Shown: piece by piece, positions 8,309 to 19,417 of the stretch
How positions within the stretch are numbered: the first letter of the stretch is position 1
Layout of the letters: each line of letters begins with the position of its first letter
Assembly: GCA_964548125.1 (NCBI GenBank)
Contig: CAZJQN010000002.1
Location: 1 to 60,406 of the forward strand
From: an uncultured Bacteroidales bacterium
GTDB lineage: Bacteria > Bacteroidota > Bacteroidia > Bacteroidales > JAAYUG01
Direction of reading: 5' to 3'
DNA length: 60,406 nucleotides
Translations under genes and position numbers: made by a program
Notes under the pieces: generated by a model
Database searches by the model: none
Seen by the model: the letters and a program-made list of their open reading frames with translations, nothing else
What the model was told of the DNA's origin: nothing

Positions 8309-11155
8309 ATGAAGACATACTTTCGATTTTTCCTTTCGGTCCTTGTTAGCATTTTTGGACTGGTTGGAGTAATTGCGCAGGGAAATTCCGGAGCCAACAA
8401 TATACCTGTTAGCACGTATATTGTTGTTGATCAGTTCGGTTATCGTTGTTTTGATCAGAAAACTGCAGTTCTGATTGATCCTCAGCAGGGTTTCAATGCT
8501 CAGGATGAATTTGTTCCAGGGAAAAACTATCAGGTTCGGGTATGGGATACTGATTCTGTTGTTTTTTCAGGTACTCCTGTTGTATGGAATGGTGGTAATA
8601 TTGATGCTACCTCAGGAGACAGAGGCTGGTGGTTTGATTTTTCGCCAGTCACTACACCAGGCGAATATTATATCTATGATGTTGAAAAAGGAGTTCGATC
8701 GTACCCTTTCCGTATAGCATCAGATGTTTACAAGGAAGTTCTTGCAGCTGCTACCCGTATGTTTTACTATCAGCGAGAATTTACCCGGAAAGAAGCTGTT
8801 TACGCCGGAAGTGCATGGACAGAAGAGCCATGGTTCCTGCAGGATACCGTGACACGGGATGTCAATGACCAAAATAATGCTTCCAAATTCAGGGATATGC
8901 GCGGTGGATGGATGGATGCCGGTGATGTAAATAAGTATGTTACTTTCTGCTATCAGCCAATTCACCAGTTGCTGACAGCTTATGAGCTTAATCCCGGTGT
9001 TTTTACCGATGCAACAAACATTCCTGAGTCAGGTAACGGAATTCCTGATATTCTTGACGAAATTCGATTTGAAATGCAATGGATGATGAGGATGCAGGAT
9101 ATGAACGATGGGGGAGTGCATATCAAAATGGGAAATATCGATTACAATGATGCCTGGCCACTGAGCACTGATACACGGCCCCGGTATTATGGACCGAAAT
9201 GTTCTTCGTCGAGTATTGCTGCTGCAGGCATGTTTGCCCATGCCAGTATCGTTTTTTCCAAAATTTCCGGATGGAAATCACTCGCCGATACCCTGAAAAA
9301 CAGGGCACAGAAGGCCTGGGCATGGTATAAGTCAAATCCCCGCAGTAATGCTTGTGATGATGGAACCATCAAATCAGGTGATGCCGACTGGGATCTTGCT
9401 TATCAGGACAGGGCAGAGGTTGTTTCGGGCGTTTATTTATTTATTCTTACAGGAGAAAGCAAATACCATGATGCGGTTAAGGCAAACTATACTAAGACAC
9501 GACCGTTTAATGATGTTACCTGGAGTATGTACGATGCGCCGGAAGGTGATGCTTTGCTGCTCTACACAACTTTACCCGGAGCCGATCTTACCGTGAAAAA
9601 TGCTATACTTTCCCGTAAAACCAATATGGGAAACTCGTCGGCAATCTTTTTCCCCGGAGAGGATTTGTATAACGCATGGGTTCCTCTGTCTTCTTACCAT
9701 TGGGGAAGCCTTAATCCTAGAGCCTGTATCGGAAATACGAATATGGATTTTATCAATTATCGCGTCGATTCAGCAAATCACCAGCGTTATAGAAACCGTG
9801 CCTTGAATATTTTACACTATTTCCATGGGGTTAATCCTTTTAATATGGTTTATCTCAGTAATATGGCAGGTTATGGAGCAGAGCGATCTGTGATGAAAAT
9901 TTACCATGCATGGTATCGTTTTGGTACTCCACTTGCTGGAAATCCTGCTCCTGGTTATGTGCCGGGGGGTCCTAACAAAGATTATGGAGGGAACCTGACT
10001 TCATTGAAAAATCAGCCTCCTCAGAAGTGTTTTCTTGAATTTAATGATGGCTGGCCTGCTAATTCATGGGAGATTACTGAACCTGGAATCTATTATCAGT
10101 CGGCATACGTAAAGTTGCTTTCCCATTTTATCGGGGAAGAATGCACTGAAAATGTTCCTCCCGACAGCATCGTTTTATCAAAGGATTCGTTAAGCATAAA
10201 ACAGACATCTTCCGGTGCGCTCGAAGCTAATGTCTACCCGACAACAGTATGCAACAGGTTTGTTAAATGGATTGTGGCCGACACATCCATAGCAGAAATA
10301 GATGCAAGAGGGGTTGTGACAGGGAAAAAGGAAGGAAATACGTTTGTGGTTGCCGTTTCGTACGCCGATCAATCGATAACTGATACTTGTTTCATTAAAG
10401 TGATCCCATGTGTGAGAACTGCATGGGAGAATGCTCCCGTGCACCTGCCCGGAAGAATTGAAGCTGAAAACTTTGATATTGGCTGTGGAGTTGAAGCATA
10501 TTATGATAAGGATGCTTCCAATAATGGTGGAAAGTATCGAACGGAGGGAGTGGATATAGAAACCTGTTCCGAAGGTGGATATAATATCGGATGGGTGGAA
10601 AAGGATGAATGGATAGAATATACGGTTGTTGTTGATTCGGCATGTGATTATGTTGCTGAGTTTAGAGTAGCAGCTCAAAGTGCTCAGGGAGCAGCCGAGC
10701 TTTTTTTTCCTTCAGGCCCGGTCTCATCAGGAACCGTATCATTCACTCCGACCGGAGGCTGGCAAACCTGGAAAACAGTTAGAAGCTCCCCTTTTTTTTT
10801 GCAGAAAGGACAGCAGGTTATGCGGCTAATTATGAAAACAAGCCTGTTCAATATTAATTATGTTGACCTGATTTTGTACGATCCTTCTGCTGTTGCAGAA
10901 TCTTCGGTTTCTTATCCTTTCCTTTATCCCAATCCGGCAATTGACGAGTGCAGGGTATCTTTTTCAGGCCGGGATGCGATGCAATCGATTAATGTCTTTG
11001 ATTGCACAGGCCGGCTTGTTTATTCAGTTGCTTCTCAGGGGGCTGAATCTGTTCAACTTCCGATAAGAGAGTTCGCAGGAAATAATTCTTTTTTTATGGT
11101 TAAGATAAGTACAAGCCAACACGTATATTATCAGAAATTAATGGTAATAAATTGA
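8309..11155 (+). CDS. Glycoside hydrolase family 9 endoglucanase, multidomain (Ig-like N-domain, GH9, Big_2, CBM6-like, type A T9SS CTD)
   Basis: Signal peptide, then GH9 motifs GGWMDAGDVNKY, DEIRFEMQWMMRMQ, HWGSL and NSWEITEPGIYYQSAYV. A Big_2-like segment follows (VVTGKKEGNTFVVAVSYADQSITDTCFIKV), then a CBM6-like segment (PGRIEAENFD...GWVEKDEWIEYTV...AEFRVAA...GGWQTWKT). The T9SS tail is LYPNPAIDECRVSF...FMVKISTSQHVYYQKLMVIN. Confidence 0.9.
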   Translation: MKTYFRFFLSVLVSIFGLVGVIAQGNSGANNIPVSTYIVVDQFGYRCFDQKTAVLIDPQQGFNAQDEFVPGKNYQVRVWDTDSVVFSGTPVVWNGGNIDATSGDRGWWFDFSPVTTPGEYYIYDVEKGVRSYPFRIASDVYKEVLAAATRMFYYQREFTRKEAVYAGSAWTEEPWFLQDTVTRDVNDQNNASKFRDMRGGWMDAGDVNKYVTFCYQPIHQLLTAYELNPGVFTDATNIPESGNGIPDILDEIRFEMQWMMRMQDMNDGGVHIKMGNIDYNDAWPLSTDTRPRYYGPKCSSSSIAAAGMFAHASIVFSKISGWKSLADTLKNRAQKAWAWYKSNPRSNACDDGTIKSGDADWDLAYQDRAEVVSGVYLFILTGESKYHDAVKANYTKTRPFNDVTWSMYDAPEGDALLLYTTLPGADLTVKNAILSRKTNMGNSSAIFFPGEDLYNAWVPLSSYHWGSLNPRACIGNTNMDFINYRVDSANHQRYRNRALNILHYFHGVNPFNMVYLSNMAGYGAERSVMKIYHAWYRFGTPLAGNPAPGYVPGGPNKDYGGNLTSLKNQPPQKCFLEFNDGWPANSWEITEPGIYYQSAYVKLLSHFIGEECTENVPPDSIVLSKDSLSIKQTSSGALEANVYPTTVCNRFVKWIVADTSIAEIDARGVVTGKKEGNTFVVAVSYADQSITDTCFIKVIPCVRTAWENAPVHLPGRIEAENFDIGCGVEAYYDKDASNNGGKYRTEGVDIETCSEGGYNIGWVEKDEWIEYTVVVDSACDYVAEFRVAAQSAQGAAELFFPSGPVSSGTVSFTPTGGWQTWKTVRSSPFFLQKGQQVMRLIMKTSLFNINYVDLILYDPSAVAESSVSYPFLYPNPAIDECRVSFSGRDAMQSINVFDCTGRLVYSVASQGAESVQLPIREFAGNNSFFMVKISTSQHVYYQKLMVIN

Positions 11156-11174
11156 TTTATAATGATATAGATTA

Positions 11175-12419
11175 TTAATTGAACCGAATCGTTTTATCAG
11201 GGCTAATGCGGGCGATAATCATGGAAGGAATCAGGAGCATTGCAAGAATGGCAATCAGGGTTCCTATGTTGAGAAGAAGAAAATAGCCCCACTCAAAACT
11301 GATAGGAACATAGGTAAGAAAATAAGCTGAGGGGTCGAGTCTGATAAATTTGCCAAAGTATTGGATGGCACATAAGAGCAGACCCATAAGGTTTCCCCAT
11401 AACAGACCTCTTACAATTAAAAATCCGGATAGATACAAAAACAATCTTCTAATACGCAGATTTTCTGTGCCCAGGGCCTTCAATATACCAATCATGTTGG
11501 TTCGTTCCAGAATAAGAATCAATAGTCCTGATACCATATTTATGCCTGCGACGGAGAGCATGAGTATGATGATGATGGTAACATTGATGTCGAATAAACC
11601 CAGCCAGTCAAAAATCTGAGGATATTTATCGGTGATACTGACTACCTTTAGATTATCTCCCTGCTCATGTACTTCGTAACCTACCTGGTCGCGCACGCGG
11701 TATTTCATCAGATTAATATCGTCGAACCGGTCGATGTATATTTCAAAGCCGCTCACCTGGTCAGGTGTCCAGTCGTTTAACTTCTGAATGTGCCGGATAT
11801 CAACAACAGCGTAGAGTTTGTCAAATTCCTCAAGCCCCGTTTCGTAAATGCCGGAAATGACAAAACGGCGCATGCGAGGTGGGTCCTGAACGAAATACAT
11901 CAGAACTGGATCTCCAGTCTTAAGCCTGAGAAGCCTTGCAACATAAGCCGATATCAGAATCTGGTCAGAAGGCAGGGTATCACCAGGCTGTATGATGGTG
12001 CCTTCTTTCAGGTATTTTCTGAAAAACGTCCAGTCGTAATCATGATCAACTCCTTTGAGGACGATACCCTGGATATCGTTTTTAGTTTTTATTATGCCAG
12101 GTTTAAGAGCAAAAACTTCCATATGCCGGATGCCGGGCATTTTTTGAAGTTCTCCCAGAAAAGGCTGATCTTTGCTGATAGGTTGCGTTTCGTACGAAAG
12201 ATTGGAATCGAAATTCACTATCTGAATATGCGAGGCAAAGCCAATTACCTTGCTACGGATTTCCTTTTTAAAAGCCGTTACAGTAGCCACGGTTACTATC
12301 ATTACAGTCAATCCGAGCGCGATGCCAATTACGGCAATTCGCACTATGGAGCGGGAGAGTTGTTTGCGGCTTTCCCTGTCTTTTATAAGCCTTCGGGCAA
12401 TGAAAAATTCTGTATTCAT
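11175..12419 (-). CDS. FtsX-like ABC transporter permease, LolC/LolE (lipoprotein-releasing) type
   Basis: MNTEFFIARRLIKD... N-terminus, four predicted TM helices with a large periplasmic loop, and a C-terminal FtsX-domain pattern (ILKALGTENLRIRRLFL). The start is moved to the internal ATG at 12419. Confidence 0.8.
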   Translation of the reverse strand: MNTEFFIARRLIKDRESRKQLSRSIVRIAVIGIALGLTVMIVTVATVTAFKKEIRSKVIGFASHIQIVNFDSNLSYETQPISKDQPFLGELQKMPGIRHMEVFALKPGIIKTKNDIQGIVLKGVDHDYDWTFFRKYLKEGTIIQPGDTLPSDQILISAYVARLLRLKTGDPVLMYFVQDPPRMRRFVISGIYETGLEEFDKLYAVVDIRHIQKLNDWTPDQVSGFEIYIDRFDDINLMKYRVRDQVGYEVHEQGDNLKVVSITDKYPQIFDWLGLFDINVTIIIILMLSVAGINMVSGLLILILERTNMIGILKALGTENLRIRRLFLYLSGFLIVRGLLWGNLMGLLLCAIQYFGKFIRLDPSAYFLTYVPISFEWGYFLLLNIGTLIAILAMLLIPSMIIARISPDKTIRFN

Positions 12420-12597
12420 TTTAAGGAATGTGCGTTGGCAAATGTAACAATTCAAAACGGAAACGAATAAAGTTGGGTTTGTCAGTAACTTGATTCATCC
12501 TGAAATAATCAGAATAAATTTCCATGGCAATATTGCTTTTTCTTCAGGACGTTTTTGAATTTCCCGGTTAGGAAAACAAATTGTAAATTTCGGAGCT

Positions 12598-13761
12598 ATG
12601 TGTATCAACAGAATTATACAGGTATTAGTTGTTTTTGTGGTAACAACTGCCGTAGAGGGACAGATTATACCTGGTGCTTACAGAACCGAAGACTATTTTC
12701 CCTTTCTGAAAGGGAAAAGGGTTGCGCTGGTGGCCAATCATACTTCACGGATTGGAATGACACACTTATTGGACACTTTTCTTTTGAGCGGACTGGATGT
12801 AAGAATAATATTTACGCCGGAGCATGGATTCCGGGGGGATCTTGATGCCGGGGAAAGAGTGCCGGCTGGTCGTGATCCGAAGACCGGACTTCCTGTTATT
12901 CCGCTTTACGGGAAAAAAGTTAAGCCTTCGCCTTCCGATCTGAATGGTATTGATGTTGTAGTATTTGATATACAAGATGTTGGGGTGCGATTCTACACCT
13001 ATCTTTCTACCCTGACTTATGTAATGGAAGCCTGTGCAGATAACCAAATTACTCTGCTGGTACTGGACCGTCCTAATCCGAACGGATTTTACATTGACGG
13101 GCCGGTGCTGGAACCAGCCTGTCGGTCATTTGTGGGGTTGCATCCGGTTCCTGTCGTATATGGAATGACCATTGGCGAATACGCAAGCATGGTGAATGGA
13201 GAACGATGGCTTAGCGACTCATTGTCATGTTATCTACTAATTATTCCTTGTATCGGATATACACACGATTCATTATATCAACTTCCGATAAAGCCTTCAC
13301 CCAATCTGGTTGACATGCGTTCAGTCTATCTGTACCCCTCTCTTGCTTTTTTTGAAGGAACGGCTGTTAGTGTAGGACGGGGTACTCTGTTTCCGTTTCA
13401 GGTATACGGTTACCCTTCCAGGAGGGAATGTTCATTTCATTTTACTCCCCGCAGTATTCCCGGTATGAGTCTCCATCCGCCATATGCCGGCAAAATGTGT
13501 TGTGGAACCGATCTTCGGAATTATGATATAAGTGTTCTCATTGAAAGAAAAGAACTTATTCTAGACTTTTTAATTGATGCCTATAATCAATTTCCTGATA
13601 AGAACAGGTTTTTTAATTCCTACTTCGATCTTCTGGCCGGAACGCCTGCTCTGCGTGAACAGATTAAGAACCGGCTTTCAGAAGAAGATATCAGGAAAAG
13701 CTGGATTCCAGGGCTGAATAAATTCAAGGAAATCAGAAAGAAATACCTTATTTACCCATGA
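12598..13761 (+). CDS. DUF1343 / NamZ-family exo-beta-N-acetylmuramidase-like protein
   Basis: Signal peptide, then GKRVALVANHTS..., FTPEHGFRGD, LYG, VVVFDIQDVGVRFYTYLSTL and LDRPNP. These are characteristic DUF1343 blocks. Confidence 0.8.
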   Translation: MCINRIIQVLVVFVVTTAVEGQIIPGAYRTEDYFPFLKGKRVALVANHTSRIGMTHLLDTFLLSGLDVRIIFTPEHGFRGDLDAGERVPAGRDPKTGLPVIPLYGKKVKPSPSDLNGIDVVVFDIQDVGVRFYTYLSTLTYVMEACADNQITLLVLDRPNPNGFYIDGPVLEPACRSFVGLHPVPVVYGMTIGEYASMVNGERWLSDSLSCYLLIIPCIGYTHDSLYQLPIKPSPNLVDMRSVYLYPSLAFFEGTAVSVGRGTLFPFQVYGYPSRRECSFHFTPRSIPGMSLHPPYAGKMCCGTDLRNYDISVLIERKELILDFLIDAYNQFPDKNRFFNSYFDLLAGTPALREQIKNRLSEEDIRKSWIPGLNKFKEIRKKYLIYP

Positions 13762-15005
13762 ATTCCGGAACGATTGCATTAATCATTTTCGTACTCACCT
13801 ACGTAGGAATCATTTTTACCCGATTACCGAAAATTAATATTGACCGACCATCTGCAGCGTTTTTTGGGGCTGTGGCCATGATTTTGGCAGGAATCCTTTC
13901 ATTCGATGAGGCGATAAAAGCAATTGACTTCAATACCATTGCCCTCCTGCTTGGTATGATGATTATTATCACTACCCTTCAACTTGATGGTTTCTTTTCA
14001 CTTATTGCCAGCAGAACGATCTCCTGGAGTAAAACCCAGCAGCGTTTGCTGGTTATTGTTGTTTTTGTAACAGGTATTGCCAGTGCTTTTTTGGTGAATG
14101 ATGCCGTAGTTTTGCTTTTTACTCCTGTTATCATAGCAATATGTCGCTCATCGCAGGTTAATCCGGTACCCTATCTCATAGCTGAGATTCTTGCTTCCAA
14201 TGCAGGCAGTGCCATGACTATTACCGGAAATCCTCAGAATATGCTCATTGGTATGAATTCAGGCATTCCATATGGCACATTTCTGCTCAGGTTGATGCCG
14301 GTTTCTTTGTTGAGTATGGTTGTGATAATTCTCGTAATGAGACTGTTGTATCCTGCCAGTTTCAGAAACAAGGTGCCAATGCATTTCAACGGAAATGATT
14401 TCCAGTATCAGTATGCCTCCATGAAATTTTCCGTACCGATATTTATAGGTGTTGTCGTTCTTTTTTTCTTCAGCCGGTCCCTCCATTTATCCATACCGGT
14501 AATTGCCCTTGCAGGAGGTTCTTTGGTTTTAATTTTTGGTAAGATTAAGCCATCGAAAGTTGTCAAAAATATTGACTGGGTGCTCTTACTGTTTTTTGCT
14601 TCCTTGTTTATAGTTGTTGAGGGGGCTGTTAGAACAGGCCTAATGGATCCCTTTTTGCAGCAGAAAGTTATTGAAGCTGATCTGAAGGGAATAGCGGTGC
14701 TGCATGGGTTAAGTCTTCTGCTTTCGCAAATAGTCAGCAACGTGCCCTATACCGTTATGATGCTTCCGCTCATGAAGACTGGTATGGCGAATGATATACT
14801 CTGGCTGAGTCTGGCTTCTGCTTCTACCCTGGCTGGGAATGCAACCATCATAGGAGCAATGGCCAATCTTATAGTCATTGAGTCGGCCGAGCGGGAAAAA
14901 GTCACTATTGGTTTTCGCGAGTTTTTCAAGGCAGGCATTATTACAACCCTGCTGACCCTTGCGCTTTCCGTTTTGATTCTCTGGCTTCAGCAAAGCATCG
15001 GATAA
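13758..15005 (+). CDS. ArsB/NhaD-superfamily (citrate-transporter-like) anion permease
   Basis: 415 aa with about 10-12 TM helices. The N-terminus IIFVLTYVGIIFTRLPKINIDRPSAAFFGAVAMILAG and the TGNPQNMLIG motif are typical of this family. The start overlaps the NamZ-like stop (ATGA). Confidence 0.75.
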   Translation: MNSGTIALIIFVLTYVGIIFTRLPKINIDRPSAAFFGAVAMILAGILSFDEAIKAIDFNTIALLLGMMIIITTLQLDGFFSLIASRTISWSKTQQRLLVIVVFVTGIASAFLVNDAVVLLFTPVIIAICRSSQVNPVPYLIAEILASNAGSAMTITGNPQNMLIGMNSGIPYGTFLLRLMPVSLLSMVVIILVMRLLYPASFRNKVPMHFNGNDFQYQYASMKFSVPIFIGVVVLFFFSRSLHLSIPVIALAGGSLVLIFGKIKPSKVVKNIDWVLLLFFASLFIVVEGAVRTGLMDPFLQQKVIEADLKGIAVLHGLSLLLSQIVSNVPYTVMMLPLMKTGMANDILWLSLASASTLAGNATIIGAMANLIVIESAEREKVTIGFREFFKAGIITTLLTLALSVLILWLQQSIG

Positions 15006-15014
15006 CCGAACTGA

Positions 15015-16214
15015 TTATTTCGTTCTTCCCGGGTAGGTTTTAAGTGCCACTTCAAGGCATTCCATGGCATTTTTCAGATCGTCAATTTTGAGCACGTAAG
15101 CAATTCTGACTTCATTTTTACCAAGGCCTGGGGTATTATAAAAACCGCTGGCAGGGGCGAGCATTACAGTCTGGTTTTTAAATTCAAAATCACTCAGAAG
15201 CCATCGGGCAAATTCGTCAGCATCATCAACCGGAAGCTGGGCAACGGCATAGAAGGCTCCTCCAGGCATAGGGCAAATTACACCTTCCATCCGGTTCAGA
15301 GCATTGACCATATAATTCCGTCGGGCAATATATTCGTTATATACTTCTGTGAAATAGGAGGGAGGTGTGTCGATGGCGGCTTCGGCAGCAATCTGGCCCA
15401 GGGTGGGAGGACTTAACCGTGCCTGGCCAAATTTTAGAGCTGTGTCGAGTACATTCTTATTCCGGCTTACAATACAGCCTATTCTGATGCCGCACATGCT
15501 GTAACGCTTGGATGTACTATCAAGCATAATAACATGATCTTCAATTCCTTTCAGATTCATTGCTGAGGTATGGGTCTTACCATCATAAACAAACTCGCGG
15601 TAAACCTCATCGGAAAAGAGGAACAGGTTATGTTTTTTAATAAGATTGCGCAGCTGTTCCAGTTCATCTTTAGAATACAGGTACCCTGTAGGGTTATTGG
15701 GATTGCAGATGATAATTCCCTTTGTTCGCGGGGTAATAACTTTTTCAAACTCGCTGACCGGAGGCAAGGCAAATCCCGTTTCAATGGAAGAACTTATCGG
15801 ATTTACTTTCACACCGGCAGCAATACTGAAACCATTGTAATTAGCGTAAAATGGTTCCGGAACAATAACTTCATCACCAGGGTCAAGGGTTGCCATCAGC
15901 GAAATAAGCAATGCTTCAGAACCACCGGTTGTTACCATGATGTTTGTATAGTCAACATCAATTCCTATGCGTTGATAATATCCTGCCAGTTTGCGGCGGT
16001 AGGATTCAATACCTGCCGAATGACTGTATTCAATTACCTTAAGATTTATATTGCGAATAGCCCTGATGGCAATGTCAGGGGTGGGAATATCAGGCTGTCC
16101 TATGTTGAGATGATAAACCTTGCGACCTTTTCGTTTCGCTTCTTCAGCAAAAGGAACCAGCTTACGTATAGGAGAAGGGGGCATTTGCAGCCCCCTTCCG
16201 GAAATGTCAGGCAT
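15015..16214 (-). CDS. Class I/II pyridoxal-phosphate aminotransferase (aspartate/aromatic aminotransferase-like)
   Basis: PSPIRKL...LNIGQPD N-terminus, NPNNPTG, and the PLP-lysine motif DSTSKRYSMCGIRIG. Length is 399 aa. Confidence 0.85.
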   Translation of the reverse strand: MPDISGRGLQMPPSPIRKLVPFAEEAKRKGRKVYHLNIGQPDIPTPDIAIRAIRNINLKVIEYSHSAGIESYRRKLAGYYQRIGIDVDYTNIMVTTGGSEALLISLMATLDPGDEVIVPEPFYANYNGFSIAAGVKVNPISSSIETGFALPPVSEFEKVITPRTKGIIICNPNNPTGYLYSKDELEQLRNLIKKHNLFLFSDEVYREFVYDGKTHTSAMNLKGIEDHVIMLDSTSKRYSMCGIRIGCIVSRNKNVLDTALKFGQARLSPPTLGQIAAEAAIDTPPSYFTEVYNEYIARRNYMVNALNRMEGVICPMPGGAFYAVAQLPVDDADEFARWLLSDFEFKNQTVMLAPASGFYNTPGLGKNEVRIAYVLKIDDLKNAMECLEVALKTYPGRTK

Positions 16215-16242
16215 ATGTATTCAATATTTCCAGGTACAAAAG

Positions 16243-16641
16243 TTATTTTTTAGGTGCTTCAACATTGCCTGTAATCCGCAGGCTAACTGGTGAATTAGAG
16301 GCATTGCTGAATACGGTAATTGTTTTGGTAAACTGGCCCGGAATACGGGTATTGTATTTTACCTTAATAGTGCCGGTCTTGCCTGGTTCAATAGGATCCT
16401 TTGTCCATTCGGGCACCGTACATCCGCAGGAGGAACTGACATTTGACAAAACCAGCGGTTCTTTCCCCGTATTTTTGAAAACAAAACTGTATGTTCCGTC
16501 CCCTTCAAACGGGATGGTTCCATAATCATGCGATGTTTGCTCAAAAGTTATTTCCGCTTTGTTCGGTTTGGTTTCAGTTTGTGAAAAAACTGCAAAAGCC
16601 GCGAAAACAAAAAGAATTGATACAAGAACAACTCGTTTCAT
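16243..16641 (-). CDS. DUF1573 domain-containing secreted protein
   Basis: Signal peptide MKRVVLVSILFVFAAFAVFSQ, then FEQTSHDYGTIPFEGDGTYSFVFKNTGKEPLVLSNVSSSCGCTVPEW...PGKTGTIKVKY, the hallmark of DUF1573. The start is moved to the internal ATG. Confidence 0.75.
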   Translation of the reverse strand: MKRVVLVSILFVFAAFAVFSQTETKPNKAEITFEQTSHDYGTIPFEGDGTYSFVFKNTGKEPLVLSNVSSSCGCTVPEWTKDPIEPGKTGTIKVKYNTRIPGQFTKTITVFSNASNSPVSLRITGNVEAPKK

Positions 16642-16755
16642 AGGTAAAGAAATTTTGTTTGCTAAGGTATAACAATTAAACAAAAAGTGTACCACACCTA
16701 AATGATGAAAGGGTAATTTGCCTGACTTGCCGATATTGTTTTAAAGCAGTTTTAT

Positions 16756-16763
16756 TACTTTTG
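16756..16763 (+). promoter_or_regulatory. Bacteroidota sigma-A -7 box (TAnnTTTG) for valS
   Basis: TACTTTTG ends 23 nt upstream of the valS ATG. Confidence 0.45.
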
Positions 16764-16786
16764 CAATTCATTTTTATTGTGTATTC

Positions 16787-19414
16787 ATGGAAATATCAAG
16801 TAAATACGATCCTTCGCGAACGGAAGAAAAATGGTACCGGTACTGGATGGAACAGGGTTTTTTCAATTCGGATCCTGATGAAAGGAAACCATACACGATA
16901 GTGATTCCACCTCCCAATGTTACCGGAGTACTGCATATGGGGCACATGCTGAACAATACCATCCAGGATGTTCTGGTAAGGCGTGCGCGCATGATGGGAA
17001 AAAATGCCTGCTGGGTTCCCGGTACCGATCATGCATCCATTGCCACTGAAGCAAGAGTTGTTAACAAACTGGCAGCCGAAGGAATCCGCAAGTCAGATCT
17101 CACAAGGGAAGAATTTTTGAAGCATGCATGGGAGTGGAAGGAAAAACACGGGGGCATAATACTTGAACAGCTCAAAAAGCTGGGTGCTTCATGCGACTGG
17201 AGGCGTACGAAATTTACCATGGACCCCGATATGTCGGAAAGTGTTCTACGTGTTTTTGTGCATTTGTACAGAAAGGGGCTAATTTACCGGGGGGTAAGGA
17301 TGGTGAACTGGGATCCTCAGGCGCGCACTGCCCTCTCAGATGAGGAGGTTATTTATCGCGAAGTCACTTCCAAGCTTTACTATGTAAAATATAAGATCGT
17401 CGGAGAAGACGGATTTGTTACTGTGGCTACCACACGGCCCGAAACCATCCTTGGTGATACAGCTGTTTGCGTTAACCCTGAAGATGAGCGTTACCTTCAT
17501 CTAATTGGCAAAAAAGTACTGGTACCACTTGTTAACAGAGAGGTCCCGGTAATAGCTGATCCTTATGTCGATAAGGAATTTGGTACCGGGTGTCTTAAGG
17601 TCACTCCGGCCCATGATATGGCCGACTATGAACTTGGATTGAAACACAAGCTGGATGTAATTGATATTTTTACCGACGACGGGAAATTAAATGAAAAGGC
17701 GCAGGTGCTGGTGGGTCTGGACCGGTTTGAAGCCCGTGTCAGGTCGGTTGAAATGCTGGAAAAGCAAGGACTTCTTGCAAAAACAGAAGATTATGTTAAC
17801 AAGGTTGGTTTCTCGGAACGAACAGATGCTATTATAGAACCGCGACTTTCGGTTCAATGGTTTCTGCGGATGAAGGAGTTGGCAGGTCCTGCTTTGAAAG
17901 CTGTAATAGAAGATGAAGTCAGGCTGATCCCTTCCAAATTTAAGAATACATACAGGTATTGGATGGAGAATGTAAGAGACTGGTGTATCAGCCGCCAGCT
18001 CTGGTGGGGACATCGTATTCCTGCCTGGTATCTGCCGGATGGAAAATTTGTGGTTGCCCTTTCAAAGGAAGAGGCTCTTGAAGAAGCCAAAAGAGAGTTC
18101 GGAATTAACACGCTTGCCCCTGAAGACCTCAGACAGGACGATGATGTGCTTGATACCTGGTTTTCTTCATGGCTTTGGCCAATTTCTGTATTTGATGGGA
18201 TAAGGAATCCGGGAAATCCTGACATGAAGTATTATTACCCGACTAATGACCTTATCACGGCACCGGAAATCCTCTTTTTCTGGGTTGCCCGCATGATTAT
18301 GGCTGGTTATGAATTTGCCGGAGAAAAGCCGTTCCGCAATGTTTATCTTACTGGAATTGTGCGTGACAAACAGCGGAGAAAGATGTCCAAGTCTCTTGGG
18401 AATTCTCCGGATCCTTTAGAACTAATTCAAAAGTACGGTGCTGATGGAGTTCGTGTGGGGATGCTGTTGTGTTCTCCTGCCGGCAATGATCTGTTGTTTG
18501 ATGAAAGTTTAACCGAACAGGGTCGGAATTTTGGAAATAAGATCTGGAATGCATTCCGTTTGTTCCAGTCATGGAAAGCAGACTCTACTTTGCCTCAACC
18601 TGACAATGCACGGGAGGCCGTTGCATGGTTTACGGAAAAACTCAATGAAACCATTGCAGTCATTGAGGATCATTTTGAAAAGTTCCGCCTCTCCGATGCT
18701 TTAATGGCCACGTATAAGCTTTTCTGGGATGAATTTTCATCCTGGTACCTTGAGGCGGTGAAGCCCGGCTTTCAGAAGCCTATGGATGGCACGACCTATG
18801 AAGCTACCCGTGCGTTTTTTGATCAGCTACTCCGGTTGTTGCATCCTTTTATGCCCTTCATTACAGAGGAACTCTGGCAGAACCTTAATCAGCGAAATGA
18901 AGGTGAAAGCATTATGCTGGCGAGATTTCCTGATGCGAAACCTTATAAGAGGGAAGCTATAGCCAGATTTGAACTGGTAAAAGAAGCAGTAACGGTGATA
19001 CGAGGTTTCAGAAAGGATTATAATGTTTCGCCCCGTGAAGAGCTAGTTCTCTCCATTCGCGATAATCAGGGAGAGTTCAGCCGTGATTTTGATGCTGTAT
19101 TCTGCAAACTGGCTAATCTGAGGGAAATTCAAACAGCCAAGGATAAGGTGGAAGGAGCTTTTTCATTTCTTGTAAAGTCAGCTGAATTTTTTATAATCCA
19201 CAAAACAACGACCGATACAACAGAAGAAATCAGAAAACTTCAGGAAGACCTGAAGTATATGCAGGGTTTTCTGGCTTCAGTGGAAAAGAAGCTCAACAAT
19301 CAGCGGTTCCTAGAAAATGCATCTCCTCAAGTAGTTGAGAATGAGCGAAAAAAGCAGGCTGATGCACAGAATAAAATTGCCGTTTTGCAGGAACGTCTGA
19401 AGCAACTGCAATAA
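16787..19414 (+). CDS. valS: Valine--tRNA ligase
   Basis: [15 protein letters not shown] (HIGH), KMSKSLGN (KMSKS), a CP1 editing region and a C-terminal coiled coil. Length is 875 aa. Confidence 0.97.
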   Translation: MEISSKYDPSRTEEKWYRYWMEQGFFNSDPDERKPYTIVIPPPNVTGVLHMGHMLNNTIQDVLVRRARMMGKNACWVPGTDHASIATEARVVNKLAAEGIRKSDLTREEFLKHAWEWKEKHGGIILEQLKKLGASCDWRRTKFTMDPDMSESVLRVFVHLYRKGLIYRGVRMVNWDPQARTALSDEEVIYREVTSKLYYVKYKIVGEDGFVTVATTRPETILGDTAVCVNPEDERYLHLIGKKVLVPLVNREVPVIADPYVDKEFGTGCLKVTPAHDMADYELGLKHKLDVIDIFTDDGKLNEKAQVLVGLDRFEARVRSVEMLEKQGLLAKTEDYVNKVGFSERTDAIIEPRLSVQWFLRMKELAGPALKAVIEDEVRLIPSKFKNTYRYWMENVRDWCISRQLWWGHRIPAWYLPDGKFVVALSKEEALEEAKREFGINTLAPEDLRQDDDVLDTWFSSWLWPISVFDGIRNPGNPDMKYYYPTNDLITAPEILFFWVARMIMAGYEFAGEKPFRNVYLTGIVRDKQRRKMSKSLGNSPDPLELIQKYGADGVRVGMLLCSPAGNDLLFDESLTEQGRNFGNKIWNAFRLFQSWKADSTLPQPDNAREAVAWFTEKLNETIAVIEDHFEKFRLSDALMATYKLFWDEFSSWYLEAVKPGFQKPMDGTTYEATRAFFDQLLRLLHPFMPFITEELWQNLNQRNEGESIMLARFPDAKPYKREAIARFELVKEAVTVIRGFRKDYNVSPREELVLSIRDNQGEFSRDFDAVFCKLANLREIQTAKDKVEGAFSFLVKSAEFFIIHKTTTDTTEEIRKLQEDLKYMQGFLASVEKKLNNQRFLENASPQVVENERKKQADAQNKIAVLQERLKQLQ

Positions 19415-19417
19415 GTA

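Noticed and set aside
11790-12470. 226-aa plus-strand ORF antisense to the LolE-like permease. Similar long shadow ORFs are 15570..16253, 20464..21000, 10190..10678, 40935..41471, 42550..43080 and 55986..56995.
   Set aside because: Each is fully contained in, or spans, well-supported genes on the opposite strand. They have no recognisable motifs and low-complexity or odd composition (for example the Ser-rich 40935..41471). These are typical antisense shadow frames.
16642-16786. T-box or riboswitch leader upstream of valS
   Set aside because: The spacer is short and AT-rich with a -7 box 23 nt from the ATG. There is no room for, and no sign of, a T-box specifier/antiterminator structure.
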